Assembly (NCBI RefSeq): GCF_036321535.1
Contig: NC_087437.1
Span: 111,726,001 to 111,790,000 of the forward strand
Source of the DNA: Camelus dromedarius
Taxonomy: Eukaryota
DNA length: 64,000 nucleotides
Direction: 5' to 3'
Within the stretch, counting starts at the first letter, position 1. Every line of letters starts with the position of its first letter. Under the pieces are notes generated by a model. The model did no database searches and was not told where the DNA came from. It saw nothing but the letters and a program-made list of their open reading frames with translations. A program made the position numbers and the translations under genes. This document shows positions 12,701 to 25,262 of the stretch, piece after piece.

Positions 12701-14339
12701 ACGTGTGCTCAGCAGTGACCACCACAGGGAAGGGTGGGCAGCTCCGTTCACCTGGAACACGGGTGCCAGAAGGGAATGACGGCGATGTCACTGGGGTGGG
12801 GACCACGGAACAGCCAACTGGGCGCAGATCATGGCACCAACCAGCCAGTGGATGGGTTTTGACCTCCCATGGTGACCCAGGACTGGCTTCTGCTACCAGA
12901 ATGAGGAGTTTGGACTGAACTCTGAAGTCAAAGGGGAGCCTTAGAGGTGACTTCAACTAGTGAGGGGGGCTCGTGGCGGGATTCAGGCAGCACTGGAATA
13001 GAGAGAAATTAGAGGCAGCAGTCCAGTCTGGAGACCATAAAATACTCAATGTTCCCAAATCGCCTTCTCGAGCCCCCAAAACCACCAACTTCACTTGGTC
13101 GCCATACATTCTGGCTGGGAGTCTTTTCGCTCTCCAGCTGCTGAGACTCTTCTCACTATGCCAGAATCTTGAGCTCGTAGGTAACTGGGCTGTGTTTGTA
13201 TCCAAGGAAGTGCTACATTTCCCACAGTTTTATATAAACTTCCTGTTACTGAATCAGCCCAGAACGCACTTGGGTTCACAAGCTGTGAACTTTTCTTTGA
13301 AATTCTAAACTTAGCAGCCTCTATTCCCCTCTTGCTTCCCCAAATATGGGTTCAGATGGAGCCTGAACTCTGGGAAACCCAACGCCTAGTCGCTGTACCC
13401 CGCCCAGCCTCTCAATCACTGTGGGATGTCGGGGCAGGATGGAGTGGGGGTGCTGGGCAGTGGGGCCCAGGTTAGATAGCAGTGTGGGGAAGAACAGCCA
13501 AGAAGGGCCACCCCCGTAGGCAGGGGCAGGCATCCTGGGCATCCTGTCTCGATGGGAGAAGCTGCACCTTCAGAGCTGGACAGAGGCAAGTAGCCCTTCG
13601 GAGGCTAAACTGTACACCCTGATCTCAGCAATGCTCCCGGCCTGAGCCGTCCTCTAAACTGCTTGTACTTGCCTACGTTTTTGTGTTATCCTCTTGCCTG
13701 TGTTTTGTGTTGTAAAATTTAGGTTTTATTATTAATCCAGTGCAGTGAACCAGCAGATCAGGAGACGACTGCCACTGATAAGAGATTGTTAACTCACAGT
13801 TCCCAAGAGGAGGGGCAGACTGAACCACGCAGGGCCTTAGGAAGACGGGACCAGAATTCAACTGCAGTGAGGAAAGCTCTAAAGGAACGATTATCCCGCA
13901 GCACGTCTGGCACTGCTGGGTCCAAGGGGGGCTCCAGATACCCAAACCTTCTCGGGGGAGGTGCTCCGTCTCCCATTTGGAAGACACATTCCTGGGGTAG
14001 GGGTGGGGTTAGTGTGAGCACCTACACACCTCAGCTCCACACACACAGCAGGAAGCTTCCCAGGGACATTTCTCTTCCATTGAACAATTTCTGTGAGGGT
14101 TTGGTAGATTTTCTCTTTGGTAGAATTTCTATGGCCCTTTTGAGAAACACCAGACTGGAGGGAGGCCTCCAAGAACAGAAAGAAGTAGTATGCCCAATTT
14201 CAAGCTGTGCTGGTGGAACTGATCCATGATAAATGTTTGTCCCTAAAATGTTTCCTTAAAAAAAAAAATAGATGATCTCTTATGGTGCTCTCTGTGTGAT
14301 AACAGAACTTCCTGTGCTCTGCTAAAGATTCCTCTCCTA

Positions 14340-14983
14340 GATTCTTAAAAAGCTGAAAATTGATTTACCCTATGATCCAGCAATCCCACTCCTAGGCATA
14401 TATCTGGAGAGAACTCTAATTAGACAAGATACGCACATCCCAATGTTCACAGCAGCATTATTCACAATAGCCAAGACATGGAAGCAACCTACCTGTCCAT
14501 AATGAGTGGATAAAGATGTGGTATATACATACAATGGAAGATTACTCAGCCATGAAAAGGAATGAATTAATGCCATTTGCAGCAACATGGATGGACCCAG
14601 GGATTATTATACTAAGGGAAGTAAGTCAGACAAAGATGAATATATGATATCACTTATATATGGAATTTTAAAAAAATGGCATAAAAAACTTATTTACAAA
14701 ACAGAAACAGACTCACAAACATAGGAAACAAACTTCTGCTTATCAGCAGAGAAAGAGGAGGAGGGATAAATTAGGAGTTTGGGATTTGCAGATATAAACT
14801 ACTATATATAAAATCAATAAACAACAAGGTCCTACTGTATAGCCCAGGGAACTATATTCAATATCTTGTAGTAACCTACAATGATAAAATATGAAAAATA
14901 ATATATTTGTATATAACGGAATCACTCTGCTGTATGCCAGAAATTAACACACTGTAAATCAACTATACTTCAATTTAAAAAAA
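14340..14983 (+). mobile_element. 5'-truncated L1 (ORF2 end + 3' UTR)
   Basis: tatgatccagcaatcccactcctagg, ccaatgttcacagcagcattattcacaatagccaagacatgg, A-rich tail. Confidence 0.9.
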
Positions 14984-16124
14984 TGAAAAGGACTTCCCCT
15001 AAAATGAAAGTCTGATCACATCATTGCTTCTCTAGTCACAAAAGCTGTGAGACTGACTGGCAGAGAGGAATTTCCCCAGGCCAAAAATTGGGTTGTGACA
15101 AAGGCACTCAGGGCAGACCATAAACCTGATATCCGCTGTGCACTGAGCGTTCATCCTGTACCAGGAAATCCCACATCCAGCCTAAGCGCGTGGAAGAAGG
15201 AGCATCTTCCAGGCAAAACCAGAGACTCTAGCGAGTGGTGACCGTGGAACCTTATCACTGACCCTGCGGCATGGACCTGTGAGGAATTAACATCTCTCAT
15301 TCCCCAGCTGTGGCCCCACCCCGCCTTTTCCATGGTCAATAAGCAAAAAGCAAAGCAGCGTTTGACGTAAGATGGGAGCACTGTCCCTTCACTTGACACC
15401 TGCCTCACCTTTCTTCTCAGAAAGGTTGAGGGAAGTGTTAAAACACTTGCTTTTTGGGGGGAAGAATTAAAATCTAATTAAAACAGTATCTCTGGTTCCA
15501 AGAGCTCACAGTCCATTCAAGAGGACAGATATGTAAATAAAGACTGAATTACAAGCAGCTCGGAGAGGTCTATTCTAACTATGGTAGTACATTATGAAGC
15601 ACCATAGGAAATGTATTGCTTTGAAAAAAGAAAAATGCCCAACTCCTCAGTCTTACGTTAATTATTTCGGCAAGCATGGGATGTCCACACACTCTGAAAT
15701 TCTCTCTGTTTTTAATAAATTGCTAATTTCGACCAGGTAACATTTCCTTCCTTTTCCTCCATCTCAGCTCAAGGTGAATTTTTCAACATAGACAGCTTCA
15801 GTGAAACTTTCATAGGTCGAATCATATTTGCTAATAGTCAATTTGTGACATTTATTTTCTAGACAAATTCATCAATTTTTGACTTCCTTTAGCAGAAAGC
15901 TAATGAAACACTGTATTCAATAACTTAAACCATATTTACTTCCCAAGGAAAAATTAAAAGCTATGTCGCTCAAAATCTCTCTCCTCAGTTCAATTCTAAT
16001 TTACCTCTAGAAATGCCAAGTGTTTTCAGGCCTGGAAACAGTTACAAGAAAAGGTGGACATCTGTTCATGTGAACTGAGTTCATTTTGTGAAGTTCTAAT
16101 AGTTAATCTCAGAGCTGCTCTAAG

Positions 16125-16215
16125 TTTTTTTTTTTTTTAACAGAGGGACTGGAGATTGAACCCACGACCTTGTGCATGCTAAGCACACGCTCTACAACTG
16201 AGCTATACTCTCCCC
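16125..16215 (-). mobile_element. tRNA-derived SINE (Vic-1-like, camelid)
   Basis: Reverse complement GGGGAGAGTATAGCTCAGTTGTAGAGCGTGTGCTTAGCATGCACAAGGTCGTGGGTTCAATCTCCAGT + polyA; Pol III A/B boxes. Confidence 0.85.
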
Positions 16216-16307
16216 ACTCAGTTCGAACATATTTATACTCTCAATAGTTTTATCTCCACCTTTTATTTTACAATCATAAGTGATTTAGCTACAATGTAGG
16301 ATTTTTT

Positions 16308-16643
16308 TTTGTAACTGAAGTGTATTTGATTTATAATGTGTTAGTTTCAGGTGTATAGCAAAGTGATCCAGTTATATATACATGTATATATTCTTTTTCA
16401 GATTCTTTTCCATTATAGGTTATTAGAAGATATTGAACGTAGTTCTCTGTGCTACACAGTAGGACCTTGTTGCTTATCTATTTTATATATAGTAGTGTAT
16501 ATCTGTTACTCCCAAACTCCTAATTTATCCCTTCCCCCGCACCCTTTGGTAACCATAAATTTGTTTTCTATGTCTGTGAGTCTGTTTCTGTTTTTGTAAA
16601 TAAGTTCATTTGTATCATTTTTTTAGATTCTACATACAAGTGG
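16308..16643 (-). mobile_element. L1 3' UTR fragment
   Basis: Reverse complement of the same L1 3' end family as 14340-14983. Confidence 0.85.
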
Positions 16644-19302
16644 TACCTCATGCCAACATAGGATTCTGATAGCAGAAGCTTTGAGTGCATTTTGTATTTT
16701 GCTAATTTACCACTGAAGCATACAGTTGCTCTGAGCATATGGGACCCGTTCACACAACACAAATAGGATAACAAGAAATGAGAACTCACAGAATAAGGCT
16801 GCTATTGTATCTGCCTACCTTGTTTGGGGAGGGGAGTGGGGATGTGTGTGGGGAGGCGATGGTAAGCGGGCAGGGAGAGAGTACAGAGGAAGCCCGTGGG
16901 CATTTATAGCACTATTGTCCTGTCATCCACTCATATATGGGTTTGTCTTGTTTCAAAACGATGTGACAGACAAAGGGGCAGAATGGAGGCGCTGGTATGG
17001 GTCTCACATCCAGGTGCTGAGGCCACCTGGCACCTGCAGTACCGTGGCCTCTCTCAATGAGCCAAGAGAAAAAAACAGACCAGGTTAGGTAGCGTGGGCT
17101 GAGGTGCCAAGTGCACTCGTGGTGGGGGGTGGTTAAGGGGAAAGGCAGGGGCATAGCTGTGGTTACATGGTGGCTGAGCAGTGCTGGATCAGGGATTTAG
17201 GTGACAAAACTGTAAAGAAAGAGTGTTTTTGGTGCTTTGCGTTCTGCATTTCACGACAATGTTGGCTCACATGGTCTTTTGGAATCCCGTCTCATAGCTG
17301 GACTAGCAAGACAGCTGTGGCTGTTTCCTTAGTCTGAATGTATCAAGTTCAATCTTTTCAAAGTAATGACAGACCGGGACTTAGCCTGTGGACTCTGCTA
17401 AGCTCTCAGTCCATGCTAGTGTGACCCAGAATCCTATGGGCAGAGAATCCTCTGACCGGTGTGTCCTGGGCCAGAGAGCAGGTTGGGGTCCCTCCTCCAG
17501 CTGGGACACAACCCCAGACTATAGTTCAGGGCAGCTTTTTTCAGAGTGATGCCAAGTGCTAAAAGCGTCTCAAGGGTGGGCTGACTTATCTTTACCCCTT
17601 TTCAGTGGTTAGTGAACCAAAGCAGTCTTAGGACCCACAGTCCCATCCCTGTTGGCCTCAGACATTCAGAAAATTAAAGGCTGCTATCTGCCCACTCTGG
17701 ACACAGCATTGGTTGGGGCCCTTCCCAGACGTGTGTTCCGTGGTCATTCACTCACTGATGGTCACTAGCACGCGGTTTAGAATCTACAATAGGTATAAAT
17801 GGAAACTTAACATAGAGTTAATTCTTGATTCTGGGGCAAGCAGGTGGGTTTTTAGATGCTTCACCTTGGGCAAAAGAACCTTTCTGGGCCTTGGTTTCCT
17901 TATTTGTGAAATGACAACACTGGTTTCTTCCTGGTTTGGCCGTCATGACGTGTAAGTAAGAAAACACGTGGAAAGCACTTGGTATGATGGTAGCTGGGAA
18001 GCAGCCACCATCACTATGATGCTGGGTATTGAACTTGGGAAGCAATGACATCTCTCCTGGGACTCTCTTGGGCTGGTGGCACTTGGAGTAACTTGGAGAG
18101 AGGACTCCTGCTCCTGGGATCTTGTGACGATGGCTGTGTGGTTGGGGTGTTTCTGAGGCTTTGTAGAGAATTCGGCAGTGCTCAGGGTGATTGTGCCCTA
18201 AGCGTGTGATTTCAAGCTTGACGCACATTCTTTGCAGAGCAGTTGCCAAGGAACGAGGCAATCCTGTGACAGAATACCACCTGGTGTTTCAGTTTGCTGG
18301 TCCAGAGGGTTTTGGGTGGTGTCAAACTTTGTCACTGGCATTCCTGGTCTCCCTGAAACAACCACGTGAGGAGACAAATAAAAGGCTAAAACCGCAGACC
18401 CAGCTTGGGAACCTGCAGACAACAGACACTTCGTTATTGATAGTGATTACAAAAATGTACGGGATTTAAAAACAGTAACACCAAGACTGCATACTTAATC
18501 CACAGCCTGGCACTTGGCAAGACGACTGATAAATTGATTATCTTGGGGAGTCCTGGGCGTGGCCCCTTGGCTCTACCCTCACTAGATATGTGACCACAGA
18601 TGAGTCAGGTCACCCCTCTGAGGTCACCGCTGCCTTCCTCAGGGTGGATGGGAAGTGAATCAACACACACAAGCAGAGAGCAGGCACCGGTGACTGCCCG
18701 CACCACTTCCTAAGAGGCGCTGTGAAGAGGTGGCTCTCGTCCCTCTGTTCTAATGCAGCTACATCAGAGCACACAGAGCTCGGGGTTATGAGGCAGAGAG
18801 GACTGCTCTTTCTATGTGAGTCCTCAGTAAAGGGGTGTAGTGTGACGTTAGTGATCTCTATACTCCAGAGTGAGTGGCTCTTTGGCTAATAACTTCTGGT
18901 GATTATGTAAAGCATTTCTAGCCCGTTGAGTCAAGAAGAATTTCTAATGATGTGAAAATAGCGACCCTTAAGAAGAGCTACTGTGATCACGTGGCTTGAT
19001 TAACATTTTTTGCAAGTTGAACATGGATGTAACGCACATAAACTCGACATTGACAAAGGCAGGTGCTCCTCAAATAAACTCACAAGATCTTATTACAAAC
19101 TTTGTCATCCAAGGACAAAAGCTTTCCCTGGAAACATTAAAATTATAATGAAAGTTACACCTGAAACTAATATTGTAAGTCAGCTATACTTAAATAAAAA
19201 TAAAATTAAATAATGAACATCAAGAAGAAAACAGATGCAAATTTGATTTTACAAAATTTGACAATCAACCAAAAGAGTAAGGTATAATCAAGACATTCAG
19301 TC

Positions 19303-19425
19303 ATTTTCATATTATTTTTCATTAAAGGTTATTACAAGATATTGAATATATATATGCATGACTGGGACATAATGCTGTACAGCAGAAACTGACACATTGT
19401 AACTGACCATACTTAAATAAAAAAA
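19303..19425. mobile_element. Short 5'-inverted (twin-primed) L1 3' end with TSD
   Basis: 19303-19350 is antisense L1 UTR, 19351-19425 is sense with an A-tail; flanked by gacattcagtc / gacatttagtc. Confidence 0.7.
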
Positions 19426-20556
19426 CCCCGACATTTAGTCCGTTACAAGCCGCTTTAGCAGTTTTAAGAACAAGAGAAATCCCAGTAGATAGCTCAGGGG
19501 CAGCCTCCCTAGGTAACGTGGGGATGGAGGGGAGGTGAGGACCGGCGGCAGAAGGTTCTGGAGGAACCTGTGAGGGTACTCTCCAGAGGGACTCGTCTCT
19601 ACTGGTACAAGCCCTCCCCTTGCGGTGGGGACAGAGTCTGAGTGGGTCTTGTTGCTGTGTCCCTACTTCTATCTCCTCTGAACCATGAAGCAGCACAGAG
19701 GGAGAAGCGGCCAGTCCCCGCCCCCACAATGGGACCAGGTCTGGAAACCAAGGGTCCTGGCCCCGCCCCCCAGGGAGGGCTGCCTCTCAGCAGGTGGAAA
19801 CCGCACCCACGGGGGCTCCTGCGGCGCCGCCCTCGTGGCTGTGGGTGGAGCTAGGGCACCGCGGGGAGCAGTGCGCACCCGGAGACCAGGGCAGGGAACG
19901 CCCCATCCCCACTTTTCCTCAGGGTGAGCACGCTGCGTCCCCTCCAACTAGGGGAACAGTATTCTATGGACCAAAATGAGCAGGACAAGATGCTTAGGTC
20001 GCTTCTGGACACACAGGCAATCTGAGAGATGTACTTGAGCTGCTGACGTGTCAGATTTTTGGAGATGATTTTTGGAGATGATAGTTGGAGTATTTCAAAT
20101 CAAAGGTGTGCTAGAAAACTGGTCAGGATGACAGGTGAGCCAGTGTGTCCTGTGGCCGATGGTCACCCAGCCCACAAGGGACCTGAGCCCGGTGCCATTG
20201 GTCAGCCTTGGTGCCAACCTCAGCACACCGAGAGCTGCGGGCTGAATCCACATGGAGATCCAGGATCTGCACTGGTTTTCAGGAAAAGCCCGGAAATTAC
20301 AAAAGATCCTGTCCAGTTTCAAGGTCAGCCTACTGTGGCCACCCAACCTCCATCACAGATACAGCCTTTACACCTGGAAGACAAGCTCAGCCAGGTATCA
20401 GCCAGGAGGCGAACTTCAACCTTTGAAGCTTGGAGACGCCAGACTACAGTTAGACCCTCCCGCTGGGTCACCCCAGTCTCTGAAACAAGGCTGAGAGTCA
20501 AGCCTCTGACAGTCCCACAGGAGGCCCCAAGAAAACTGCGGGACAAGGAAGTGGCG

Positions 20557-20574
20557 GGCGGCCTCTAGTGGCCA
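20557..20574 (-). promoter_or_regulatory. CTCF-like motif
   Basis: TGGCCACTAGAGGCCGCC on the minus strand vs consensus TGGCCACCAGGGGGCGC. Confidence 0.5.
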
Positions 20575-20793
20575 CTGATGGCCACGTGTCACAGCAGGTC
20601 CTTGACTACGGTGGAGAAAAGGTACTTTCAATCTCCTGTAATACAGCAGCTGTCCTGAGACTACAGAATAAAGAAACCAGGAAGAAAAGATGTTTGTAAT
20701 TACATCTTCAGTATTTTGCCAAAGAAAAACCTCAAATACTAGACAGCTGTCCTGAAAATAAAATTAATCCAGGCAGATTCTTTTGAGGATGTA

Positions 20794-20828
20794 TTTATTA
20801 AGTTGTAAAACCTTGAATAACTTTTATT
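20794..20828 (-). terminator. CFAP298: CFAP298 polyadenylation signals (AATAAA x2)
   Basis: tttatt on + at 20794-20799 and 20823-20828, ~170-200 nt after the stop. Confidence 0.65.
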
Positions 20829-20992
20829 TAAAAAACTCAAACTGAAAGAAAAACTAGGAAAACTAGAAACTTCAACATCTTTCACAGAGGGTTGCAGGTG
20901 TCCTTTTTAGTTATTATTTTTATTTTTATTATTATTATTTTGCCTAAAGAAAGGGGAGCTATGTTTCGGAAAGCTTCATCGACTGGTGAACT

Positions 20993-21103
20993 TCATCTTG
21001 GTCTCCACTTTATGTCTGTTACCCCATGAAAATGTCTTTTCAAAGCGGTGTTATCTGCCCACGGAGAATTTAAACAGGAGTCATCATCATTTTCTTCCAA
21101 TTT
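20993..21103 (-). CDS. CFAP298: CFAP298 exon 7 (KLEENDDDSCLNSPWADNTALKRHFHGVTDIKWRPR*)
   Basis: AG acceptor, 111 nt, TGA at 20993-20995; matches the known C-terminus. Confidence 0.97.
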   Translation of the reverse strand, partial: KLEENDDDSCLNSPWADNTALKRHFHGVTDIKWRPR

Positions 21104-21391
21104 CTGGAAATAAATGTGTTTTACTCAGGAAGGCATCGCAGGAAAGTGTTTGGCAGAACCGAAGACCAACCTCCTCGCTCCCCGCCTCCCCAGAAGCAGG
21201 GTATTTCTAGGCTCTAATGCAGGTGGACACCTGGTGGGGCCCCACAGCCCTGGAGAGGCTGAAGCTCAGAAAGTCTCCTCTCCACATCCTGCAGAACACG
21301 CTGCCCCTTAACTGCCCCAGTGCTGTGGGGAAGGCATGCGGGTGAACACCCAGGCGCCAGCTCTGTTGAAAACCCGTCATTCCCCTGGTAC

Positions 21392-21487
21392 CTTGAGCTC
21401 CTCCTGTCTTCTGTGGTAATGCAGCATCAGCTGTTTCTGCTCCTCGGGACTAATAATAGGCTCTCGGGCTGGAGCTCCCTGTCCCCT
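21392..21487 (-). CDS. CFAP298: CFAP298 exon 6 (RGQGAPAREPII...RRQEELK)
   Basis: 96 nt, AG/GT, phase 0-0. Confidence 0.97.
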
Positions 21488-22235
21488 CTGAAAAGATGAG
21501 GGTTAGGGTTTGCAAATTGCAGGTTAGGGCATCCTTGTAAGGACGCCCCAGGAAGTTACAGCAAATGTCTTACACTTGCCTTTGTCAACTACTAAAGATA
21601 AACAGGTCATCCACTTCCATTTCTGCTCCTCCAAAGTGAAGTATCAGGGGAAGTTAGGTCTTTGGCAGCCCCTCAAGACCCTCACAGGAGAGGCGGGGTT
21701 GTGCCATCTCAGTCACAGCCATTCCCAAGTCAACCACCGCAGGCCCAGTGGGAAAGGGGCAGAGATAATCACGGGGGGGAGGGGCTGCTTCCCCCAGTTG
21801 TAGAGATGATTTGGGAGAGAGCACACCACACAGCGGCCTGCAGAGATACGGCCCCACACTGTCCTTACGGCCACCCCCCCACCCCAGCCTCCTTCACAGG
21901 GGATCAGCACTGAGGCAAACTTGAAAACAGAGCTCTCAGCTGTATTTTTCATTTCAAGAAACATTTTTAGTTACCTGGAGCCCTATTTTTAAAGCTGAAA
22001 TTAACAAGGCAGACTCTCCTTTCCCCCCTAATTAAAACACACCCTAGGTATTGTCCTCAATCCATACTTTCCTCCAGTTTTTGTAGCTCTGTAAAGAGGC
22101 CAGTTTTACTTTAAGCCTGGACCAGCAGGACTGAAGTGTCTGCACGAGGAGTTTAAATCTTTCAGATTCACTGTAAATTGCCGTCAGTTTGAAAGTAAGT
22201 GAAAAATAGTGGTATGTCAAAGTAAAAGTACTTAC

Positions 22236-22367
22236 TTGTTGAATCTTGACGATAATTTTGGTTTTTTCATTTTTCCCCACGTAGTCGGAAAGCTTCTTTG
22301 TTCTTCTTAACTCTTTGGCAGCCCACCACAGTTGTGCCTCTGATTCTTTGATGACATTCAGTCCTGC
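22236..22367 (-). CDS. CFAP298: CFAP298 exon 5 (AGLNVIKESEAQLWWAAKEL...KIQQ)
   Basis: 132 nt, AG/GTAAGT. Confidence 0.97.
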
Positions 22368-22683
22368 CTGGGGCCATGGTAAAAACCAGCTTTAGGGTTG
22401 TCAGGACACTGCCAGGCACCCTGGGTGCAGGGAGGCTGGCCAGAGCCCCTCCCAGCGTGGGACAGGCTTCCAGCATCCTGCCCTCCCCCACCTACTCAGA
22501 GCCCTTGCTCATTCCAGCACCTTCCCTGTTAGTTTCAACTCAGGCCCTAACTCCAGTAACTTCTTGCTCTGGGAAGGGGGTATCCTATCTCATGGGCACT
22601 CTCATCTGTGATAGGTCCCTCTTAGATGGATTTTTTGGTTACTGCCAGGGAAGACGACTGGAATCCTGCTGGGTGTTGAAATA

Positions 22684-23168
22684 CAGAAGTCTGCAACTTA
22701 TGACAGTTCGATTTCTGACTTTTTGACCATATGATGGTGTGAAAGTGATACGCATTCTGTAGAAACTACACTTCAAATTTTGAATTTTGATCTTTTCGGA
22801 TACACAGTGTGATACCTCGTGACGCTGGGCAGCAGCAGCAAGCAGCGCTCAGTCAGCCTCGCCTGCCAGTGATCAACCCGCACACTTACAACCACCCTGT
22901 ACCTAGACCACTACTCTGTTTTTCACTTTCAGTACAGGATTCAATAAATCACATGAGATATTCAACACTTCATTATAAAAAGGGCTTTGTGTTAGATGAT
23001 TTTGCCCAACCATATGCTAATGTCAGTGTTCTGAGCACACTTAAGGTAGGCGAGGCTAAACTATGATGTTCAATAGGTTAAGTGTATTAAATGCATTTTT
23101 GACTTATATTTTCAACTTATGATGGGCTTATGGGGATACAACCCCACTGAAAATCAAGGAAGAACAGT
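22684..23168 (-). mobile_element. TcMar-Tigger DNA transposon (MER47/Tigger5-like)
   Basis: Reverse strand matches recalled MER47 motifs (cccataagttgaaaat, aatgcatttaatacac, aaaatcatctaacacaaagcc). Confidence 0.65.
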
Positions 23169-23678
23169 CTAGCTATAATGGGGCTGTCTGTTCGCTCCTG
23201 AATATTCCAGTGATTTAAGATGGCTCAGAGGAATAGATACCATCCCATAGAATAAGGAATAAATGAGAAAAACAAAGGAGAATGGAACATAAACCTAGGA
23301 AAGTAACAAGGAGCAACAGGTAAGGCTAGAACACAAAATTCCATGCAAAGGAACCAGTATGTTTGGGTAGAAATAGGCACCAATTAGGTTTCTAGCTTTT
23401 CAGTGGCCAAAGAAAACGAGAGTGTTTTCAGTTACTCCGGCTGGCCAGCTGCACAAACCTTGCGCCCCTGTGTGTCTGTGTGCGGGCCAAACCCACAGCC
23501 AGGAGCGCGTCCTCGGGGCGTCCCCTGAATTCACGGCTCTGCTCTGAAGCCTGGCCCAGCAAGTGGAAAGCTGCGCATGAAGCGTAAACTACACCAGAAG
23601 AGGACGGCCAGGTCTGAGGGCTTTTGCTCTTCAGGGAGGGTGTGAACCCACCTTACAGACGGCACAGGGGCCACATAC

Positions 23679-23837
23679 CTGAGTTCCCGACAGGTCTTCT
23701 TTATTTTCAAATTCCATCCGGATGGGATCGTAAGGTGGCAACCCCATGGGATACACAATCATCACCGCACCTCGAAGCTGGTCCAAGGCGTCTTTCACCA
23801 TCTCCATGGTAACGCAGACGCTGGCTTCCACTTGTTT
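23679..23837 (-). CDS. CFAP298: CFAP298 exon 4 (KQVEASVCVTMEMV...EDLSGTQ)
   Basis: 159 nt, AG/GT; overlaps ORF 23631-23831. Confidence 0.97.
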
Positions 23838-24487
23838 CTAAAAGTAGTTGCAGCCATTGTTATCTAAGACACAGCTAAACAATTCAACAAGTTATCAGTC
23901 AAGTTCTTGTACAGCCCCGTGCCACATACTGCCAGAGTAATGAAACGAACCAAACACAGCTCGCTCCCAGTGACTACAGCCTACTTCTGGGGCTGCGCCA
24001 CGGCCACCACGACCTGGATCACAGAGCAGAACACGAGCAGCACCAGGGAGACTGCAGTGATGTGCAGGGAATGGTTCAAGAGGAAGGAACCCCAGTCCAG
24101 CAGTACAGACAGGATGGGGACCAGGAAACAGTGCAGAGAGGACAGCATCCCAGGTGGCCCTTCAAACGCAAGTGGAGTGACTGGGTGGAGATGGGAACAG
24201 GGGGCTTCAGAACAAGCAGCAGCAAAGAAAAGCAGGTAACAGCCAGCAGCCCATGCTGCTTGGGGAGGGGAAGAGAAGAGGCTGCTGGCCGGGCCGGCTG
24301 GAGCCCGCTTTGGAAGGGCCATGGACGCCAGGCTGTGGAGTCGGCATTGACCGTGAGAACAACGGGCAGCAGGTGGAACTTCCGGGAATAGGTGGTGATG
24401 CTGGGAGACTAACCTTGCAGTGGGTGGAGCACGGAGCTAGGCAGTGGGGAGACCAGGCAGCAGGCTCTGAAGAGTGCAGGGGAAAGG

Positions 24488-25262
24488 TGTGATATAAAGG
24501 ATGTATCTGATCTCTGCCCCCTGCTTCTGGCACTGCTCCAGGCACAGAGCTTCAGAACCCCTGGGCACTTTGTAAATGATCGGAGTGTCCTGTTATTCGT
24601 AACGAGTCTTTCTGACCAAACCTGAGTTCATGCCAACAAGGTGACCCACATGAGCCCTTAGATAGTTTCATGGCCGGGGGAGGACAGTCTCCCCAGGAAG
24701 CCTGAGCTGAGATTAGAGGGCTGGAGCTTTCGGACCTGCCATCATCAACGCCTGGGGAAGGAAGGGGACTGGGATGAACTCAATCACGTGGCCGATGATT
24801 TAACCAATCAGGTCCAAACAATGAAACCCCGATAAAAATTCTGGACATTGATGCTCAGAGGAGCTCCTGGGTGGAGAACACACCGACGTTCTGGAGGGTG
24901 GGTGCCCGGAGTCCACGGAGGAGGAGAGGGCACGGAGGCTCTGCACCCCCACCCCCAGCCTTGCCCTATGGGTCTCCTCCATCTGGTGGTTTCTGAGTTG
25001 TATCCTTTACGACAAAACTACAAGAGTAAGCACAGCACGCGCTCTGTGAGTCACTCTAGCGAATTACTGATCCTGAAGGGGGTCGTGGGAACCTCCAAAT
25101 CAGTAGCCAAGTCAGACAGAAGTGTGGTTGCCTAGTGTCTGAAGTAAGGGAGGTCTGGTTGGAGACCTCACCCTTTAACTTGTGGGGTCTGCGCCAGCTC
25201 TGGTGGTCAGCGTCAGAGATAAGCTGAACTGCAGGCACCACCCACACGCTGGTGTCTGAACA
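24488..25262 (+). mobile_element. ERV LTR (MER21-like)
   Basis: tgtgatataa...ggcacagagcttcagaacccctgg...cctgagttcatgc...gctggtgtctgaa. Confidence 0.65.

Noticed and set aside
16125..16215. tRNA gene
   Set aside because: Poly(A) tail, no proper acceptor stem, and a second diverged copy at 39802 indicate a SINE
20059..20568. 169-aa + strand ORF
   Set aside because: No recognisable homology or coding signature; considered only as part of a possible non-coding transcript
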